Counted from the stretch's first letter, positions 1 through 7,564 are shown. The stretch: DNA of 10,230 bases from Oopsacas minuta (GCA_024704765.1 JAKMXF010000132.1:5253-15482), one strand, 5' to 3'. Numbers and translations: made by a program. Notes: generated by a model not told the origin, from the letters alone.

Positions 1-579
1 CGATTGTATTGCAGAATCAAATTAGAAGAAAAGGAGGTAACATAGCAATAGTCCTCGTTGGTTGCTATGGCATTAGGGTATATTTGTCCAGTAGAAAAGC
101 TACACACAAATGCCCAATCTTTTGTATTAAAAATTTGTATGCGATTATTGTAATAGTCAGCTACGTATAAGAAATTTACTCCTTGATCAACGTGTAGTTT
201 CTGAGGACAGTTGAAATTGCCCTCACTATTTCCTTTCTTCCCAATAACTGATTTGCTCTGTGACTCTCTTTGACGATTAGCTGGTGCCCGATCGGTTTCT
301 GAAGGTCTCCTCGGTTTAGGATATTCGCCATGTTTCACTATCTGTCCTATATTTTTTATGTTCGCTAATATCTTAACGATGTTGCATTGGAACTTGAGAT
401 CAGGTTTGGAAGATTTGGCAGCTAAATTTTCGATTTTGATATTGATGTCCTTGACTGAGTCCTCAAGTACCTTAAGAGCGAAATTCTGTTTCAAAGCAAG
501 TTGTTCTAATCCACTTTTCATTTCTGCTAGCTCTTTCAAGTTATCAATGTTTGTTTTGTTGTTAATTTCGAAGGCTAAT
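1..579. repeat. Exact direct repeat, copy 1 (= 9652..10230)
   Basis: By-eye comparison found no mismatch over 579 nt; offset 9651. Both copies are cut by the window edges. Confidence 0.97.
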
Positions 580-719
580 TTTAACTCATTCAGCTCAAGG
601 AGAAGTTCATCTTTTCTAGATAAGGCTTGTGTAACTATTTCATTGAAATTATCGTGAATTTTAGCTGCGATTTTCTCAAAGATATCTTCCTCTGGGATAT
701 CGGGTTGAATAGTTGCCAT
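1..719 (-). CDS. Coiled-coil + NHL-repeat protein (TRIM-NHL-like, no RING/B-box), 5' part; runs off the window start
   Basis: First in-frame ATG at 717-719 (in-frame TAG at 735-737). Reads MATIQPDIPEEDIFEKIAAKIHDNFNEIVTQALSRKDELLLELNELKLAFEINNKTNIDNLKELAEM... straight into the sequence of ORF 9120..10190. The combined protein is 416 aa with no CDS intron. Confidence 0.9.
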   Translation of the reverse strand, partial: MATIQPDIPEEDIFEKIAAKIHDNFNEIVTQALSRKDELLLELNELKLAFEINNKTNIDNLKELAEMKSGLEQLALKQNFALKVLEDSVKDINIKIENLAAKSSKPDLKFQCNIVKILANIKNIGQIVKHGEYPKPRRPSETDRAPANRQRESQSKSVIGKKGNSEGNFNCPQKLHVDQGVNFLYVADYYNNRIQIFNTKDWAFVCSFSTGQIYPNAIATNEDYCYVTSFSSNLILQYN

Positions 720-1102
720 TTGTGAAAACAGTAACTATCTCAATGAATTATATACAATTACTGTAGCTATAAATAACTTATAATATTAAATTACAAATAC
801 GATAAGAATATTAAATCTTACCTTACTTATAAACCAAATAGGAAAGAGCACGCATGGGACTTACTTATCCAAAATCGGTCCTGGAAGGCTCGATTTTGAA
901 ATCAGTCACTCCCACGGTGCTGAATGTTATTTATACAAATAGGCCAAGGAATACCAAGAGGGCTTGCTGTAATTCTGTGAGAATATGACCCAAAATATCC
1001 ATATTTCTGTAGAACATCAACATAAGTAACTTTAATAATATAAACAAAACAGAGAATTAATAATATTTACAATCAAATCAAATGAAACTATTTATAATAA
1101 TT

Positions 1103-1968
1103 CTAAGTGTTGATTAGCCAATCAGGAAGCGATCTGTTAAGCCTAATAAGTAATTCTTTTAATAGTTTATTAGGCGCGGAATATACATTCCTAAGAAACA
1201 CAATTTCCTCTGAAGATATTTCTTGATAATTTCTGCCTTTACTAGGGCCCAGACACCTACTAACCCCATCCATATCTACCGGACAGAAATACCCTTTCTT
1301 CTCATCAAATCGTACCGAGCTGTTTATATCTCTCCTAACAGTAATATTGACAAACTTTAAAACTTGTTCAATCGCAGAGATTGGATTTTTGGTTATCTGA
1401 CCCCCGTCTATAAATATGATATGATCATTGGGGAAATATTTGAGCCAATGAAGAATGTGTTTATAGTATAAACCAGGCTCAATACAACGAGATTTCAATT
1501 TATCGACAGAGTGTCTTGTGAGTTTATTCTTGAAGTTATTCTCTAGTATATCAATAAAACTATAATTTTGAGCGAGAATATTTCTATGTACCCTTTGGTG
1601 TTGGAACCATGAATACGCTCGCTCTACCGGATCTCTGAGTATGATAACTATGCGTGAATTTGGGATAAGAGTATGTATACGTTGCGGACACATTTTGTGG
1701 TCAAAGTAAGTAGCAGATTTTTCAATAAGAGTGGTGTTTGTGGGTAATGGGAATCTAGACTGATACCAATCTATGCCAAATAAATATCGAGACGAGTTTG
1801 AGAAAAATTGAATTTCTTCAAAAGTATCAGGATCTTTGTAACTCGTTGAGAATTCAGGGAGATTAACTAGAAATGAGAGGAGGGCAGTTGACCCCGTTTT
1901 CTGCGGGCCTACTAATAAAATCCGCGGGGTTCTCTGACAGGAAATATCCCCAGTATAAATATCTGCAT
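1103..1968 (-). CDS. NDST: Heparan sulfate N-deacetylase/N-sulfotransferase, C-terminal sulfotransferase domain (5'-truncated at the N)
   Basis: The frame stays open upstream of the called Met (1693) to the N: ADIYTGDISCQRTPRILLVGPQKTGSTALLSFL...TFEEIQFF...GIDWY...EKSATYFD. It has the 5'-PSB loop GPQKTGSTAL, 3'-PB motif LRDPVERAYSWFQHQR and C-terminal FC...CLGPSKGRNY, all collinear with the animal NDST sulfotransferase domain. About 287 aa visible. Confidence 0.95.
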
Positions 1969-1969
1969 N
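1969..1969. other. Single N: sequence junction / gap
   Basis: The only ambiguous base. Unrelated reading frames on opposite strands begin exactly on either side of it. Confidence 0.9.
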
Positions 1970-2158
1970 GACCCAGTAATTACCCCAGATGGGGAGACAT
2001 ACGAGAAGGAGGCCATTCTAGAGCACCTGAGGACCGGTAAGAATTATGACCCATACTCCTATAAGGAGCTAGATGAGAAGGACCTCAGGCCCAACAAAGC
2101 TGTGGTGTCATTCGTTCAGACGTACAAGGATGAGATCGAGAGGGGTGGACAGTTGTAA
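1970..2158 (+). CDS. U-box domain E3 ubiquitin ligase, C-terminal fragment (CHIP/STUB1-type U-box), 5'-truncated; missed by the ORF track
   Basis: DPVITPDGETYEKEAILEHLRTGKNYDPYSYKELDEKDLRPNKAVVSFVQTYKDEIERGGQL* (62 aa, TAA 2156-2158) follows the U-box pattern DPV.TP.G.TY.r..I..HL......DP.....L....L.PN. The parent gene cannot be identified from this fragment. Confidence 0.85.
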   Translation, partial: DPVITPDGETYEKEAILEHLRTGKNYDPYSYKELDEKDLRPNKAVVSFVQTYKDEIERGGQL

Positions 2159-2556
2159 AAGTATAGTATATAACTCGAAAAGATATTTAGTGTTTGTATA
2201 CTTATTTGCTCATTCATAGCATTGCTATGATTATAAGAATTCTGTAAATATTACTTAGCTGTTGTTTGTATTATTAATAATATAAACAAAAATAATTAAA
2301 CTCTCAGGGAAATGTCTAATCTGTCATCAAACAGATTCTGCTATGTTTATTGATTGTATTAATCATAAATATAGAAATTTATTTGTGTTTATTTATACTG
2401 CAAATGATTTGTTTATTTATCGTAATTATGAGATAATAACTTGTAGACATGAATACATTATCAGTAGAATTAGTATTGTAAGCAATTATTCATGTTTTCT
2501 TTGTTCAAATCGAAACGAAAGGAATCTCATTTGAATAAATTGTAAGACGAAACTGC

Positions 2557-2564
2557 TATAAATA
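2557..2564 (+). promoter_or_regulatory. Possible TATA box for the 2613 ORF
   Basis: TATAAATA ending 48 nt before ATG 2613. Weak evidence in AT-rich DNA. Confidence 0.2.
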
Positions 2565-2612
2565 ACGAAAAATGGCAATGGAGATCTATCAAAATCAAAT
2601 ATAACCTTCAGT

Positions 2613-2822
2613 ATGAACACACAAACAGAAGAAATGAGGGCAATCTACGCTCAAATTCAAGATAACAATTCAAAGATCTCAAATATAGACAGAAGACTAG
2701 ATGCAATAGTTAACAGAGAACAAGCTTTGAGAAGACATATACTCAACCTGAATATACAGAGGGTGCTTATACAATCTCATAACAGTAGGATGGATAGATA
2801 CATGTATAAGTCTGTCAGATAA
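2613..2822 (+). CDS. Hypothetical 69-aa coiled-coil protein
   Basis: Standalone ATG..TAA ORF not overlapping other genes, with regular I/L heptad spacing (IYAQIQDNNSKISNIDRRLDAIVNREQALRRHILNL). No family recognised. Confidence 0.45.
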   Translation: MNTQTEEMRAIYAQIQDNNSKISNIDRRLDAIVNREQALRRHILNLNIQRVLIQSHNSRMDRYMYKSVR

Positions 2823-3115
2823 ATACAATATTATTAAGCTTAATATTTGCGAAAATTGATGGTTAATAAGATCTCATTAAATATAGCTGTCATTTCTGGA
2901 AAAAGCAACTTTGGGTGTGAAGCAAAAGAGTATATAAACACTAATGGAAATATGTATAATATTATAAATGTATAAATCACTATTTGGGGTAAAAACTCAT
3001 GAAACAATGAATTAAGTAATCAGCTGACCCGATTTGTGATATGATTAATCTGTAATATTTCATACAGAAAATGAAAGCAGCGATTTTATCTGATTTTTAT
3101 TCGAAATATTGGCTA

Positions 3116-3156
3116 GGCGGTTATTCGAGCCGCCGCTTATTCAGGGAAATACGGTA
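3116..3156 (-). mobile_element. Solo end of a Tc1/mariner-pogo (Tc2-like) DNA transposon/MITE
   Basis: Minus strand reads TA|CCGTATTTCCCTGAATAAGCGGCGGCTCGAATAACCGCC: a CCGTA terminus next to TA plus repeated GAATAA subterminal motifs. No partner TIR in the window. Confidence 0.5.
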
Positions 3157-3506
3157 TACATGAAGTTCAGCTGGACAAAATAATGGAATTTAACTGTACA
3201 CTTTCATATCAAACCTTACATACCTTATATCATCCGTATGATACGTATAAGCTAGGTTAATGTTAGAATATCAATTACTGTTGTATGACATAATAAAATA
3301 TAATTAGTTTCTAACACTTCTATATTGAAGTCAATATTATATCCTTACAACATAAATAATAAATATTAACCATAAATATTTACTGAAAAGTAAACTCACC
3401 AAAATGTAAGCAAATAAAATAAATAAAATAATCAACAAATTCTACGTCAGCCTATTCAATCTCTTTTATAGTAATTAACAAATCTCTCAACCAATAAGAT
3501 TATAGC

Positions 3507-3512
3507 TTTAAT
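3507..3512 (-). terminator. Candidate poly(A) signal of the ADAM gene (ATTAAA)
   Basis: ATTAAA about 55 nt after the stop, with a U-rich tract further downstream (3411-3438). Confidence 0.3.
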
Positions 3513-3567
3513 TACATACAAATTGTATATTCAACAACTTATAACATAATTAAGTATGTCCTCTCCT

Positions 3568-4077
3568 CTACAGATTGGGTTTGACAGGAATAGGTGGTCC
3601 AGACCCTGATGTCTTCTGTAATCTAGGGGGCGGTTGGGTTGGAGCAGGGATCCTTGGTACCACTCTAGAGGGTTTATTTTGCGGCTTTGGAGGAGGATCA
3701 GATTCAGAGGTGTTGACTGAATTCTTGAACTGTGGCATATTCTTGTATTTTGGAAGAGAATTAAATTTACTCGTGACATATTCAGATAGACTCTCACCAC
3801 GTGATCTTCTGCCAGTAGAAGTGGAAGGTTTACTCGACACATTCCTCTTTTTATACAACCAATAACCAATCAATACACCTGCAATAACAAACGCTAAAAC
3901 AATAATAATCATAACAACTACTGGAATAACAACACTGTTATGGCTTATCGGTATGATCATAATATCCAAACCGACACAAACTCCTGAATTACTGCATTCT
4001 GTAAGTCCTGAACATTCCAATCCGTTGTTACCGACTGGACAAGGAGTGTGTGGTAGTGTACTAACGTTAGTACATAC
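3568..4077 (-). CDS. ADAM: ADAM exon 8: partial EGF-like, transmembrane helix, proline-rich tail
   Basis: Acceptor TCTTGTAG|, phase 0: VCTNVSTLPHTPCPVGNNGLECSGLTECSNSGVC...VVIPVVVMIIIVLAFVIAGVLIGYWLYKKR...PPPKP...PPIPVKPNL*. The ORF-track start at 4020 is an internal TTG. Confidence 0.9.
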   Translation of the reverse strand, partial: VCTNVSTLPHTPCPVGNNGLECSGLTECSNSGVCVGLDIMIIPISHNSVVIPVVVMIIIVLAFVIAGVLIGYWLYKKRNVSSKPSTSTGRRSRGESLSEYVTSKFNSLPKYKNMPQFKNSVNTSESDPPPKPQNKPSRVVPRIPAPTQPPPRLQKTSGSGPPIPVKPNL

Positions 4078-7000
4078 CTACAAGATTAATTATAATTATA
4101 ACACCTGATAGTTCCAATTTATAATAAGTTACTTGTTTCAGCTCCGCCACCCGGGACCCGCATCATGTTTACCTGTCACATGAATAACTACACAATATAT
4201 TTACTAACTAACAGGTGAATAGTAGTAACATACCTCCTTTAACACGCTTAAGTAACATATTAGAATCATTGAAACATTTCTATGAATTGGACACTTCGTA
4301 TACGTATATGATAACGTCATAACATGAGATAGGACCCGCATTCTTAGGTGGACATCATGTGGAGCTGAGACAAATTTATCAATAACAGGACATTAGCTTA
4401 CCCCCATTACACACACAGAGGTAGTATCACACATGGTTCCTTCAGACACAAACCCAGGATCTGGCATATCACTAGAACTTATACTAATAGCAGTACAAAA
4501 TGCATTAGGATATTGATAGTATGTAACAGTGTATGAGCCTAGGAGTACAGGGGTAGCATCTCTTGCTACGTCACAGTGTAGCTTACCACACTTCACGTTA
4601 GATGGGAGACAGGGTTTGTAGAAACCTATGAGGAGTAAGAATACAGTAATACTGGTTATAAGCAATACCCTCTAGATAACGGTTCTCGCATATTCCTGTA
4701 GATTTATACCGGTTCTAACAATGTATTGCTACTCCCAAGGGTGTTCTTATAACCGGTATTAATGTATGTCTCTTACAATTTACAGTCTTGTATAGGTGAT
4801 AAAATGTGAATAAATCACTATACATTCAATCTAACTAATAGAATGCCAGGCTATACCCACAGATCTGATTATGCAGACACATTTATCACCTTTCTCAGAG
4901 ATATGCTCTTACCAGTTTTTCAATATATTCATTGAATATTACCTTGTTCATCTATTCCACAATTTCCATACTGATCTCCTAGTATATTAACTCTATCAAA
5001 ACAGATGTCATCAGCAACACCTGCATCAGGTCCCCACACATAGTTACATTGGTCCAAGAGGGTCCTACAGTCCCCCTCGTAACAGAATGATCCAACACCA
5101 TTTGAGAAACATTCCAGACCGTTGCGGCGAAATAGATTATCTGGACATATGTTGTCAAGGCCATTGCATTCCTCTTGTATATCACAATCACCTAGCAAAT
5201 ACATGCAATAATCCTATTAATATTTACAATAGTAGAATTGTGTATAATATTAATATAATATATCAAAAGGTGTGAATATATGTGCATTAGTTGTTTACCT
5301 GATTGTTCTCTACAAACAATACCCTTTTCACTATATGTACAATTATGACAGCAATCCCCACTCCCACACTCAGCCCAAGGGTACAGTTCACAGACCCCAG
5401 GCTGACAGCAAGGATCTATATCAGGACACTCTGTATCAGAACCACAATCACACTCCTCGCCCTCCTCTACAAAGGCGTTCCCACAGATGGGATCAGTGAA
5501 TAAACGTGGGGGTGGATTATATATACATGTGCCTACCCCACTAGCAAGAGCTGTGTGTAGATCATCTACTGAGCAAGTGCTAAAATCACTTGGAGATGGA
5601 TTACGTAGAAAGGCATTCATTACACAACCCTACATAGAAATATATATTACATCATGACAACCAAAATAGCGAAATGGAATTCAACATACTCTATTTTCAT
5701 CTGGACAGTCATAACAGGCCCTCCCCTCGTCATGATTCATGCCAAAATTGTGTCCCATTTCGTGGCTTAAAGTGGTGGCTATCCGGGTGGGTAGACTTCC
5801 TGTAGTGTCCCTGTTAACACCTCCAGATGCTGATAGACACATGGAGTTCAGTGGAGCTTTACCAATTACGTTAGATTGAGAATTTGATAGCCCTGGAATT
5901 GTTTATTTATTATTTGTTGGCATACGTACATAGCCAGTTAAAATGGCATAACTAGTTAGAAGCACTTGTTTGTTTGTTTGTTTGTTTGTGCAATCAGATA
6001 TGAGAATTACCTTTTGTTGTTATTTACACTAACCTGTGATAATATGTGCATTATCAATAACAAGGCCGTCATCTGCTTTTGTATTTATCAGGGTTGGCAG
6101 ATATCTCACCCATTGCTCAAGTAGAATATCTAAGTCTCCACTGGTTGTTATGAAGTCTGTTGTCGACCAAACCTCGGCTCCAACGAGAGCTATGCGAACC
6201 CCAATTGACCTATAATTATTTCAAACAGATCTTGAGATGATCATAAATAGCTGAAGCCCATTATCGTATCCAAGGTGTCATGGACACCCAAATTATATAT
6301 TTTTAATCTCAAAAAGTTCTCCAGTCTAGAGGTTTCTAAGTATGTATAATTACAGATCCTCATTTCATGACCAAACAGATGGATATTATGACACCTTTTG
6401 GACAGCCACTTGAGGGCAGTAAATATGGTACTATACACATTATAGTTTCAGTTTCAGTGCATATAACTATACCTGTAAATAAAATCCATATGGTTGGCTA
6501 CCTCTATGGCATACTGTCTGGATATAGAGGTGTCAGAACCTGTGAGTATGTAATGAGCATTATCCATTACTAAGTAGAACTCTACAAACTTGTTTGCCTG
6601 ATCTACAGGAAAGATAATTTAAAGTGTTATAAACTGGAACTAACTAGCATGCTTGTATAATATCTTAGTTCTTTAATGGTCTTTCAATGAAGACGTATTA
6701 CCTATTTTACGTTCAATCTACAATTGTCAGTGACGTAACTTCTGTTAGGCTAATTTCTGCGATAAATATTTTGCATCAAAACAATAATTCTCGAATTGTT
6801 AATGATAAACCTCAGCTGAGTTATCCAAATTAATAATACTTAATAATAATGTGACTTATACAAGTCTAACAGTGTCAAAATCTCATATTTCGGTTTCTAT
6901 ACGTATTATACAACTTAGTATAATATGTTGCAAAATATGAGATTAGATATTTACCTCTTCTATTTCTCAACAGTTTTTGTCTAAAACTATTCACATGCGA

Positions 7001-7564
7001 TATAGGGGAGTCCTCTGCGACACCACATACCTCCCCCTCACCCACAGCATCTTCAGAGAGGTACATAAAATGCACCCCCTCGTCTCCATACTGTTCCAAT
7101 TGGTACAAGTCTGTACTATCAAAAATGAACCCACTAATGCCATTTTTACATGTGGAGATAGACACCCTTGAGCCAGACACACCCCTGACTACTCCATGAT
7201 AATAACAGTGCTGATAGCCACTTGACACCTCATGTAAAAGTGTTACATTATTTGTTGAGTAAAAACGAAAGTTAGAAGCGATTAATTCGAAATTTAGCTC
7301 GAGGTCAATTGTCATTTCAGTTGCATTCCTGTTGTCATGGTTACCGATCAGTAGATGGAATGTTGTTTTATGTTTGTGTAAGCTAGTTCCTTGATGGGTA
7401 GAGAGAGATTTCATTGGTTGATTTCCTTCTAATTGAGTGACGCTGACAAGTTCATATTTTGAAGCCCTTCGTTTCGCCAATTCATGAACCCCATCTCGCG
7501 GGATATGCCCAGTTGCTAGGCTGACAACGGAAATGAACAATAGGAATCTAAGAGTATGATACAT
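3568..7564 (-). CDS. ADAM: ADAM (reprolysin/M12B) membrane metalloprotease-disintegrin, ADAM9/12/19-like architecture, 8 exons, 810 aa
   Basis: Exons: 7564-6955, 6602-6473, 6209-6034, 5892-5690, 5629-5299, 5191-4943, 4625-4402, 4077-3568 (2433 nt). All introns are GT-AG (352, 263, 141, 60, 107, 317, 324 nt) with matching phases 1,2,1,0,1,1,0. Domains: signal peptide, prodomain, Cys switch VCGV, furin site RNRR, HEMGHNFGMNHD, Met-turn GCVM, disintegrin, Cys-rich, partial EGF, TM and PxxP-rich tail. The specific orthologue cannot be assigned. Confidence 0.95.
4402..4625 (-). CDS. ADAM: ADAM exon 7: cysteine-rich domain
   Basis: CTCCTCATAG| ... GGG|GTAAGC; (G)FYKPCLPSNVKCGKLHC...DPGFVSEGTMCDTTSVCVMG. 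Confidence 0.92.
4644..4764. mobile_element. 121-bp MITE (pogo/Tigger-like) in ADAM intron 6
   Basis: Left end TA|CAGTAATACTGGTTATAAG (4644-4662); right end CTTATAACCGGTATTAATG|TA (4746-4764). 17/19 inverted match, extendable to about 28 bp with one indel and one further mismatch; TA on both sides. Confidence 0.75.
4943..5191 (-). CDS. ADAM: ADAM exon 6: end of disintegrin, start of Cys-rich domain
   Basis: TTTGCTAG| ... CAAG|GTAATA; (G)DCDIQEECNGLDNICPDNLFRRNG...CYEGDC...QCNYVWG...GNCG. Confidence 0.93.
5299..5629 (-). CDS. ADAM: ADAM exon 5: Met-turn and disintegrin domain
   Basis: TCTATGTAG| ... TCAG|GTAAAC; GCVMNA...FSTCS...CGNAFVEEGEECDCG...CC...CGSGDCCHNC...VCREQS. Confidence 0.95.
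5690..5892 (-). CDS. ADAM: ADAM exon 4: catalytic zinc-binding motif (not in the ORF track)
   Basis: CAATTCCAG| ... AGA|GTATGT; VIGKAPLNSMCLSASGGVN...TLSHEMGHNFGMNHDEGRAC. Intact HExxHxxGxxH at 5732-5764, so predicted catalytically active. Confidence 0.95.
5966..5988. repeat. (TTTG)n microsatellite in ADAM intron 3
   Basis: TTG followed by (TTTG)5. Confidence 0.9.
6034..6209 (-). CDS. ADAM: ADAM exon 3: metalloprotease domain (not in the ORF track)
   Basis: AATTATAG| ... ACAG|GTTAGT; (R)SIGVRIALVGAEVWSTTD...IDNAHIIT. Confidence 0.93.
6473..6602 (-). CDS. ADAM: ADAM exon 2: start of metalloprotease domain (not in the ORF track)
   Basis: TTTCCTGTAG| ... ACAG|GTATAG; (D)QANKFVEFYLVMDNAHY...AIEVANHMDFIY. 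Confidence 0.92.
6955..7564 (-). CDS. ADAM: ADAM exon 1: signal peptide and prodomain
   Basis: MYHTLRFLLFISVVSLATG signal; HCYYHGVVRG...SISTCKNGISG prodomain motif; Cys switch EVCGV; furin site RNRR; donor AGAG|GTAAAT. Confidence 0.93.

Noticed and set aside
1-579. Terminal direct repeat as LTRs of a retroelement or ends of a viral genome
   Set aside because: The repeat lies inside an ordinary protein-coding gene and is bounded by the window edges. There are no TG..CA ends, PBS, gag/pol or viral genes.
358-657. + strand 99-aa ORF (also 9367..9642 and 9579..9821)
   Set aside because: Antisense shadows of the NHL gene with no recognisable motifs.
1900-2158. NDST/U-box fusion or overlapping divergent gene pair
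   Set aside because: Opposite strands, both truncated exactly at the N; best explained as a join of contig ends.
2343-2534. 63-aa + strand ORF
   Set aside because: I/Y/N/F-rich translation typical of AT-rich non-coding DNA; no motif.
2827-2970. AT-only palindromes (TATTAAGCTTAATA, TATAATATTATA) and CTCAGCTGAG at 6811-6820
   Set aside because: Short and expected by chance at this base composition.
3531-3869. Alternative-frame 112-aa (-) and antisense 96-aa (+, 3575..3865) ORFs over the ADAM tail
   Set aside because: By-products of the Pro-rich, GC-rich codons of exon 8; no independent coding signal.
4202-4214. Perfect TACTAAC branch point plus CTAACAG acceptor on the + strand
   Set aside because: It is antisense to the ADAM gene, with no + strand exon or ORF to serve; treated as chance.
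4979-5503. ORFs 4979..5191, 5087..5275, 5272..5499 and 5303..5503
   Set aside because: Alternative-frame or antisense overlaps of ADAM exons 5-6.
6002-6033. Alternative donor AAAAG|GTAATT 23 nt into ADAM intron 3
   Set aside because: Its use would shift the frame before the catalytic exon; no supporting signal.
6241-6573. ORFs 6241..6438 (-) and 6367..6573 (+)
   Set aside because: Intronic or antisense to exon 2; the true coding phase is explained by the ADAM exon chain.
6977-7182. ORFs 6977..7171 (+) and 6991..7182 (-)
   Set aside because: Shadows of ADAM exon 1.
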